A DNA stretch of 29,184 nucleotides from a virus (lineage: Duplodnaviria; Caudoviricetes): the IMG/VR virus record IMGVR_UViG_3300036873_000005, positions 1 to 29,184 of that record; one strand, given 5' to 3'. A model generated the notes under the pieces. The model had not been told where the DNA came from, ran no database searches, and was given only the letters and a program-made list of their open reading frames with translations. This document shows, one piece after another, positions 23,945-29,184 of the stretch. How positions within the stretch are numbered: the first letter of the stretch is position 1; each line of letters starts with the position of its first letter. Both the position numbers and the translations under genes were made by a program.

Positions 23945-24790
23945 TTATGGTGTCTGACTTCCCGAACGGCCGAACGGACGCCACGAGGCGCGCTTCACCT
24001 TGATCTCCCCGCCCGACAGACGGTCGCTCGTCTGCCCGACGTGCTTGTACATCACCGGAGCCGGAGCGGGAGCCACGTGCGACGCCACCACGATCGGCGG
24101 AGCAGTCTCCTTGATCACCCGCGATACCTTCGGCTCCGACTTCGGAACCATCGAGACGGGTCCGCCGCGATCGAACGCCGTGACGAACATCATGTACTTC
24201 AGCGCGACTTCTTCGGCATACCGGTCATTCGGCCGGTGCTCACGGGCGGTCATCGGGCCACGGTTGTAGCCGCGCAACGCAACCTCGTTCACGCCGCCGA
24301 ACTCGTCCACTCGATCCTTCAGGAACCGGATGCCGATTCGCAGGTTGTACTTCGGTACACCGAGTGTGCCCAGGCTACCCTTGCTCGGAGCCTCGAACTT
24401 GATGTCGAGAGCCTTCGCCACCTTCGCCCCGGTATCAGGCATCACTTGCATCAGACCGATCTCACCCGCCTTGCCGATCGCGCGGGGGTTGAATTGCGAC
24501 TCCTTGTCGATCAGAGCCATCACGAGCCGGAAGTCCAGGCCCGCCGTCTTGCTCTCGGTGAGCAGCACACGCGGGAAGTCCACGAAGTCCCGGTACGGCG
24601 CGTCCGGGTTCCGCTTCAGCACGATCTCCATGATCTTCGCTTCGACCGCATCCGACACCTTGACCCGCTCGGCACCACGTGCCGCCTCTGCGCGCTCGCC
24701 AGCGTTGAACGCGTACTGTGCCACCGCCGCCAACGCCACTAGACCGAGCGCCGCTCCGATACCGACTGCTAGATTTTTCAGTCTGCTCAT
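23945..24790 (-). CDS. Lytic transglycosylase (SLT domain) with N-terminal TM/SAR-like anchor
   Basis: ALIDKESQFNPRA...GEIGLMQVMP.T...NLRIG..FL...GYNRGP; Ala/Gly-rich N-terminal helix. Confidence 0.9.
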   Translation of the reverse strand: MSRLKNLAVGIGAALGLVALAAVAQYAFNAGERAEAARGAERVKVSDAVEAKIMEIVLKRNPDAPYRDFVDFPRVLLTESKTAGLDFRLVMALIDKESQFNPRAIGKAGEIGLMQVMPDTGAKVAKALDIKFEAPSKGSLGTLGVPKYNLRIGIRFLKDRVDEFGGVNEVALRGYNRGPMTAREHRPNDRYAEEVALKYMMFVTAFDRGGPVSMVPKSEPKVSRVIKETAPPIVVASHVAPAPAPVMYKHVGQTSDRLSGGEIKVKRASWRPFGRSGSQTP

Positions 24791-24830
24791 AACGAACCTC
24801 CTTTGTTCGGGTTGGTAGACTCCGCCTTCC

Positions 24831-24848
24831 CTACCTAGTTAGGTAAAC
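24831..24848 (-). promoter_or_regulatory. 18-bp junction element, copy 5
   Basis: Exact copy; supplies LPN* and the stop codon of the sigma-like gene. Confidence 0.85.
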
Positions 24849-25347
24849 TCAACTCGGTTTCGGCCCGCTCCTTCATCAGTAGAAGAGTTAGAGGGTCCAT
24901 GTCACAAAGCATATCCGGTGCGGGGGTGTCCTCGTCTTCGTCATCGTGATAGCCTGCACCACCGCTCGGCGCATCGAGCGCCACGTAGACCAAATCATCT
25001 TCGCCGCCTGCCCGCACCGCCCGCTTGAACTCGTTCATGAGAGCCCACTTCATACCGCGCACCATCAGCTTGCGTAGGCTGTCTTCGGTACGCGTTTGTC
25101 CGGCCGGACGAGCGGACGTGCAGTATCGTGCGAAAGTACCGTATGCCGCCATGAGCGCCACCTGACGAAGATCGTCACGACCCAGGTACGGGTGCGCCTG
25201 ACCCTTTGTGGCACGGCGAGCCCGCCACGATGTCAGGTGATCCAAGCACTCGACAAACTTCGGGTGAGCTATCAGGTTCTCGAACTCGGAGTGATACTTG
25301 GGGGAGAGAACAGGGACAGGATTGCTGCCACGAATACCTCGGGGCAT
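24835..25347 (-). CDS. Truncated sigma70-like factor (region 2 plus linker, no region 4)
   Basis: GRDDLRQVALMAAYGTFARY (region 2.2-like); LMVRGMKWALMNEFKR (2.3/2.4-like); VALDAP (SLD-type motif). Confidence 0.6.
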   Translation of the reverse strand: MPRGIRGSNPVPVLSPKYHSEFENLIAHPKFVECLDHLTSWRARRATKGQAHPYLGRDDLRQVALMAAYGTFARYCTSARPAGQTRTEDSLRKLMVRGMKWALMNEFKRAVRAGGEDDLVYVALDAPSGGAGYHDDEDEDTPAPDMLCDMDPLTLLLMKERAETELSLPN

Positions 25348-25394
25348 AGGCTCGCTCTCTTATCTGACCGGTCGGCAAAGCGCCTGATGGTCGG

Positions 25395-25550
25395 TTAATT
25401 GTTTGTGCCTTCTATTGTACCATCCTCAACAACCCACTCACCGTCGTCCCGCTGCTTCACCACGAGCGGCGGAAGCGAGAGCAGTGAACGCGAGTAGTCG
25501 AACGCCCGCGCCCACTGCTCGGCCTTCTTCTGCGACGAGAACGTCTTCAA
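25395..25550 (-). CDS. Hypothetical protein, 51 aa (not in ORF track)
   Basis: TTG start overlaps the upstream TGA; MKTFSSQKKAEQWARAF... Confidence 0.5.
   Translation of the reverse strand: MKTFSSQKKAEQWARAFDYSRSLLSLPPLVVKQRDDGEWVVEDGTIEGTNN
25414..25422 (-). promoter_or_regulatory. Candidate host sigma70 extended -10 promoter (TG-G-TACAAT) for the sigma-like gene
   Basis: TGnTACAAT in an AT-rich patch about 65 nt upstream of ATG 25347. Confidence 0.4.
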
Positions 25551-25879
25551 CCGACGATCTCCCGCGCCCGGTTACGAAGCGACTCCACGCTGCCATCGAT
25601 CGCGAAGTCGTTGGCGATGAACCGGACGAAGTTGAGTGCGTCCACGATTCGCTTCGCCGTCATGATCCGCTCCTGAGTATCCTCGCCCTGACAGCACGAG
25701 CACCCCCAATTGCAGACCGCGATAGTCGCCCCCTCGATCCGGCTCGCGTCCACGCTCGGCGCGTGAAGGTCACGGATACTCGTGAGCCCACTGCCGTCCT
25801 GGAACCCCTGCACGAAGCGCGGCTCAGGCTTCGGACGCTGCACCGCAAGCCGCTTCATCACGCTCTTGCTTCCATTCAT
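25547..25879 (-). CDS. Hypothetical protein
   Basis: Start MNGSKS by ATGA overlap; GGGAGGGG SD. Confidence 0.65.
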   Translation of the reverse strand: MNGSKSVMKRLAVQRPKPEPRFVQGFQDGSGLTSIRDLHAPSVDASRIEGATIAVCNWGCSCCQGEDTQERIMTAKRIVDALNFVRFIANDFAIDGSVESLRNRAREIVG

Positions 25880-26100
25880 TGGCCCCTCCCTGAACTGTGA
25901 CGCCGCAAGAACTCTTCGCGGCCGATCACAGTAATGTAGTTGTTCATGCGCTCCGGGTGCGGATACAGAGCCTTCCGCCCCTTCGGTTGTCGGCAGAAGT
26001 CGCCAGCCGCCGCCTTGCATCTCGGACACTCAACGGCGTTGCGAGCATCGGTGAACCCCCAACCCGTCAAACCGGCTGCACGATCTTTGTCGTTGATCAT
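25876..26100 (-). CDS. Phage Zn-finger protein
   Basis: CPRCKAAAGDFC...HPER. Confidence 0.7.
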   Translation of the reverse strand: MINDKDRAAGLTGWGFTDARNAVECPRCKAAAGDFCRQPKGRKALYPHPERMNNYITVIGREEFLRRHSSGRGQ

Positions 26101-26390
26101 GTGTGCACGATCGCGCCCATGTACGAACGCGGAGTCGTGTGGCTGATCGTCACCGCGTGACCAGCATGACCAGCCTCGTACGCCCCGGCCGACGTTGGCT
26201 TCACGTGGTTCTTCTCACCGCAGTCCAGACACACCACGATCACGGTCTGGCACTTCCCACCACAGAAGCACCGCTCGCCGGACTGCGCGAGTAGCTGCGC
26301 CGTGCTCGGTCCGCGATCCTCGCGGCGTACGATCTCGTCCTTGAATGCGTTGACGTGCTCTGCCTCAGCCGTCTTGTCGAGAATGATCAT
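26097..26390 (-). CDS. Cys-rich hypothetical protein
   Basis: CFCGGKC...CLDC...H; coupled overlaps. Confidence 0.65.
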   Translation of the reverse strand: MIILDKTAEAEHVNAFKDEIVRREDRGPSTAQLLAQSGERCFCGGKCQTVIVVCLDCGEKNHVKPTSAGAYEAGHAGHAVTISHTTPRSYMGAIVHT

Positions 26391-26863
26391 CGGCTCCCCC
26401 TGTACGTTCCGCTGATCGATCCAGCGGTAAACGGTTTCGTTGTACCTGCGGCCATCCCGCTACCATCGCCCCTGCCCGCCGTGTAGCTCCGCTCCTTCGT
26501 GACCGTGATGCCCTGCCCGTCGTTCTCCGCCTTGTACGTGTTGTTCACGCACGCCCCGTTGCTCGCACACGCCTTGTAGGTTACCGCCGACGCATCGGGT
26601 GCCGGAGCCCACTGCGACCCGGCCGGAGCCGAACGCTGCGCGTACGATGTCGCCGCGTACTCCTGACATGTTACACCCTTCACGGTTCCGGTCAACCACA
26701 GAGTCCGCGCCGCTGCCTTGCAGTTCCGGTCAGTCTCGGACTCGAACGCGAACGTCTGCTCGATCACCCACGCCTTGCCGTTGCGGTTCACGTAGAGCCC
26801 CCACTCCGCGCTCGCCGTCTGCACTGTGACGAGCACAAACACTGCCGTCAAGATTGTCTTCAT
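26387..26863 (-). CDS. Secreted hypothetical protein
   Basis: Signal peptide MKTILTAVFVLVTVQTASA; two Cys pairs; AAGGAAG SD. Confidence 0.7.
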   Translation of the reverse strand: MKTILTAVFVLVTVQTASAEWGLYVNRNGKAWVIEQTFAFESETDRNCKAAARTLWLTGTVKGVTCQEYAATSYAQRSAPAGSQWAPAPDASAVTYKACASNGACVNNTYKAENDGQGITVTKERSYTAGRGDGSGMAAGTTKPFTAGSISGTYRGSR

Positions 26864-26973
26864 TGTGACTTCCTTTCTTCCCGCTGGCACTCCGGGCACA
26901 GCGGATTGTATGATGTCAGACGCCCGCAGCGTGCGCACGCGCGCCACGTCAATCGGCCGATCCAGTCGTACAT
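26860..26973 (-). CDS. Small Zn-ribbon peptide, 37 aa (not in ORF track)
   Basis: MYDWIGRLTWRACARCGRLTSYNPLCPECQREERKSQ; AAGGAG SD; ATGA overlap. Confidence 0.6.
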   Translation of the reverse strand: MYDWIGRLTWRACARCGRLTSYNPLCPECQREERKSQ

Positions 26974-27017
26974 GATTTCTCCTTCCATCAGGTGCGTGAG
27001 TGAACTATTGCTGATCA

Positions 27018-27239
27018 TCATTCCAACCACTCCTGTTCCGGCTCGGCGTCCACACGGAACCCGTGCTCAGCGAGCCAATCTTCGATGTCCTGATTCGGCC
27101 ACTGCTCGGGCGACGGCGCAGTCTTCCAGTAGTCGCGGATCGACTGCCGCGCCCGAGCAACCTCAGCAAGGTCGTTGCAGATGACGATGCACAGAATCTC
27201 TGAGTCCGTCCCGATGTTATAGACCACGAGAGTCTTCAT
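27018..27239 (-). CDS. Hypothetical protein, 73 aa
   Basis: Start MKTLVV with AAGGA SD. Confidence 0.65.
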   Translation of the reverse strand: MKTLVVYNIGTDSEILCIVICNDLAEVARARQSIRDYWKTAPSPEQWPNQDIEDWLAEHGFRVDAEPEQEWLE

Positions 27240-27375
27240 GCGCTTTCCTTTCTGCCTCGCACGTGTGTGCGGGCCACTCGGCGACGGGCAGGGTTTCGTA
27301 CTCCGAGTACTGCTCCATGCCGCACCGGGTGCAGCACAGTGAACAGCCGGGACACTCAGACTTGCTTCGCTCCAT
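27217..27375 (-). CDS. Small Cys-rich protein, 52 aa (not in ORF track)
   Basis: MERSKSECPGCSLCCTRCG...HTC; GGGGGAG SD. Confidence 0.5.
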   Translation of the reverse strand: MERSKSECPGCSLCCTRCGMEQYSEYETLPVAEWPAHTCEAERKAHEDSRGL

Positions 27376-27748
27376 CGATCTCCCCCTTGTTCAGGATGCG
27401 CGCGTTGGTGCGCGCGTCGGTGATAGACGTGTACTTCCCGACGATGCACTTCAATTCGTTGTCGTACAGAAGAAAGGGTCGGCCCCAATCCTCGCACGGC
27501 CGAACCTCGTACCGCAACGGCGGTTGGCTCGGATCGATCGTCACACCCGCCGTCGTGTTCGCGTGTCTGCGGTAGACGGCACGCAGCGTCCCGAGCACGT
27601 TCTCCAAGTCACGGGCCAGCGACGAGTCCCGCATCTGACTGGCGTGCGTGACCATACGACTCAGGTCCATGATCGCGCTCGCCGTCATCGCGATCGTCTC
27701 AGTCTTGATGCACCACTCCTTGTGATCTCTCGGAGTCACTTCGTTCAT
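27356..27748 (-). CDS. Hypothetical protein
   Basis: 130 aa; AAGGAG SD. Confidence 0.65.
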   Translation of the reverse strand: MNEVTPRDHKEWCIKTETIAMTASAIMDLSRMVTHASQMRDSSLARDLENVLGTLRAVYRRHANTTAGVTIDPSQPPLRYEVRPCEDWGRPFLLYDNELKCIVGKYTSITDARTNARILNKGEIDGAKQV

Positions 27749-27906
27749 GATAGCTCCTTTCTCAGTCGTCGCTCCTGAGCCGGTCTCAGGGTCAGCGCAC
27801 CGTGCTTGTGCCAGCCGAACTCACCGCAGAACGGACAACGGCGTTGACGGCTGACCTTGGTCGGGAACACTCTCCCGCACTTCGAGCACTTCACCGCCCA
27901 GGCCAT
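27745..27906 (-). CDS. Small Zn-ribbon protein, 53 aa (not in ORF track)
   Basis: MAWAVKCSKCGRVF...CPFCG; AAGGAG SD; ATGA overlap. Confidence 0.65.
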   Translation of the reverse strand: MAWAVKCSKCGRVFPTKVSRQRRCPFCGEFGWHKHGALTLRPAQERRLRKELS

Positions 27907-27918
27907 CGCGTTCTCCTT

Positions 27919-28170
27919 TCAGAAGTCCCACGCGGGCGGAGCGTCGCTCGCCTTCAACTGCGCTAGCTCACGCTGCACCCGGCCAAGGTCCTTGTTGAGG
28001 GCCATGTTGCTCTTGCCCGCCGCGTTATTGCGCAAGCGAAGAGCCTCGTTCGTTCCGCTCAGCTTGCGGATGGTCTCTTGCTGTTCGAGCACGATCGCTT
28101 CGAGCCGCGCCCGCTCAGCCTCGGTCCGAGCGTACTGCTCGTCGAGCGGCAAATCTCTCAGATGTTCCAT
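27919..28170 (-). CDS. Coiled-coil hypothetical protein
   Basis: Heptad-like helix; GGGAGGG SD. Confidence 0.65.
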   Translation of the reverse strand: MEHLRDLPLDEQYARTEAERARLEAIVLEQQETIRKLSGTNEALRLRNNAAGKSNMALNKDLGRVQRELAQLKASDAPPAWDF

Positions 28171-28181
28171 CGTTCCCTCCC

Positions 28182-28388
28182 TTAGATTAGTTCCTCCACG
28201 ATGATCCGAACGCTCGCGTGAAACCGGCCCTTGAAGAAGCGCCGCTGCTCTTCGGCGATCGCCTCAGCCGTCGCCGGGCCACGCCGCATAGCGGTGAGAC
28301 GATCCGGACCCCACACACCACCCTCTTGCAGGTAGAACGCCGGGCCGTACTCGTCGGCCAGAACCACGATGTACTCTCTCATGGTCAA
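28182..28388 (-). CDS. Hypothetical protein
   Basis: 68-aa ORF overlapping the upstream stop. Confidence 0.6.
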   Translation of the reverse strand: MTMREYIVVLADEYGPAFYLQEGGVWGPDRLTAMRRGPATAEAIAEEQRRFFKGRFHASVRIIVEELI

Positions 28389-28822
28389 ACCTCTTCATCG
28401 AACGCGTTGCGTGCGCGTCCGGGTTTGGGTGTAAGGATCACTGCTTTCTTCGGGAGCACCGGCACGAACCGCTCTCCACCGGTCCCGCCGCTGATCGTGC
28501 CTGTCGTCTTCGGAGCCTTCTGTACCGGAAGCACGTTGCCCTCGACACGTCGGATCAGGTACAGATACCGAGCGTACGTCGTGACTACCTCGAACTTCGT
28601 CCCCGCCAACGTGATGCGCGTAGCCTCGGCGATGGTCACCAGCCAGTAGTCCTGCGCGAACCAAACGCAGTGCGAGCAGCCTCGGGGTTTGTCCGGTTGC
28701 TTGAACCGCCAGCCGGGACAGTCGCACGTGTAGTCGCCGTCGCTCCACCGCTTGCAGGTATAGTCCTTGTCCGAGCCGCGTCGTGTGCTCGGGTATTTCC
28801 TCTCGTCGATCAGAGTCCGCAT
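28385..28822 (-). CDS. SWIM-type Zn-finger protein
   Basis: YPS...Y...YTCDCPGWRF...CSH, a CxC...CxH pattern. Confidence 0.7.
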   Translation of the reverse strand: MRTLIDERKYPSTRRGSDKDYTCKRWSDGDYTCDCPGWRFKQPDKPRGCSHCVWFAQDYWLVTIAEATRITLAGTKFEVVTTYARYLYLIRRVEGNVLPVQKAPKTTGTISGGTGGERFVPVLPKKAVILTPKPGRARNAFDEEV

Positions 28823-28950
28823 TCGATCCTCCCTTGCCCCGGTTCCCTGCCAGGGACATTCAGTGTGGAACGTGTGAGACCGTTGACGTTATCTCCGGGT
28901 GCTTCGCGGCATGACCCGCGCCTGCACTGCGCGCTCGTTAGCGTCGCATC
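28823..28950 (-). promoter_or_regulatory. Structured 5' UTR motif, copy B
   Basis: Minus strand ACGTTCC-N11-CCCTGG-CA-GGGAAC-C-GGGGCA directly before GGGAGG. Confidence 0.55.
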
Positions 28951-29184
28951 TCACACGTCGTCATCGTCGAACCGAATCTTCGCCCTCATGTCGGGCGGGC
29001 GTTTCGGTGGGCCAGGCGCAGCGATGCGCTCGTCGAGAAGCCACGCCACATGGCGTTCTTCGACCTGTCGTAACCCGGCAGAGTCCACCACGAACAGACC
29101 GCGCAGCGAGCAGTACCGCCCGCTCGTGTTCTTCACGCGGTCGAACCACGCGGGTCCCTCGTCCGGACCCCAGCGTATGTCGAG
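28951..29184 (-). CDS. Hypothetical protein, C-terminal part (frame open to the right edge)
   Basis: Frame stays open beyond the GTG at 29136 (LDIRWGPDEGPAWFDR...). Confidence 0.5.
   Translation of the reverse strand, partial: LDIRWGPDEGPAWFDRVKNTSGRYCSLRGLFVVDSAGLRQVEERHVAWLLDERIAAPGPPKRPPDMRAKIRFDDDDV

Larger units (their letters stand above)
1..29184 (-). mobile_element. Bacteriophage genome segment (early, DNA replication/recombination and nucleotide-metabolism region)
   Basis: Unidirectional, densely overlapping genes; phage-type PolA with UDG domain, gp32/UvsX/gp46/gp47-like set, Mom-like protein, EndoVII, many tiny hypotheticals; no cellular housekeeping genes. Confidence 0.95.

Noticed and set aside
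791-24848. 18-bp repeat as a CRISPR array or att/IS ends
   Set aside because: Copies are kilobases apart with no regular spacers; no cas, integrase or transposase genes and no target-site duplications seen
1-29184. Long plus-strand ORFs (e.g. 16834-18126, 23678-24742, 19315-20187)
   Set aside because: Antisense shadows of GC-rich minus-strand genes; Arg/Pro/His-rich, with no recognisable motifs
1-29184. Frequent GATC, CGATCG and TCGA words (HIP1-like)
   Set aside because: Plausibly explained by ATC, GAC and GAG codon usage at high GC; needs a Markov-model test
1-29184. tRNA or rRNA genes; stop-codon reassignment
   Set aside because: No cloverleaf or T-loop consensus found in the gaps; genes read intact in the standard code, with TAG, TAA and TGA all used as stops

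Overview
The window is a high-GC (roughly 60-65% by eye) fragment of a dsDNA bacteriophage genome. All credible genes are on the minus strand, tightly packed and often linked by ATGA/GTGA overlaps. In transcription order (right to left) it carries small early-type and Zn-finger genes, a truncated sigma70-like factor, a lytic transglycosylase, a ParB-like protein and a Mom-like DNA-modification enzyme. Next is a family A DNA polymerase split into a UDG-like plus 3'-5' exonuclease gene and a polymerase gene, with a dATP/dGTP diphosphohydrolase gene between them. Then come a T4-like recombination set (UvsY-like, gp32-like SSB, RecA/UvsX, SbcD/SbcC), an endonuclease VII, nucleotide-pool enzymes (NDT-like, two MazG-like), an RNA ligase, and many small unknown genes. 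The main unexplained signals are: (1) five exact, co-oriented copies of an 18-bp dyad element, GTTTACCTAACTAGGTAG, all at gene junctions, with stops in all three frames; (2) the split polymerase with altered base-contacting motifs inside a likely DNA-modification module; (3) a four-block, pseudoknot-like motif repeated in two 5' UTRs, plus a larger structured RNA upstream of recA. Family calls come from motif recognition by eye; no database searches or folding programs were run.
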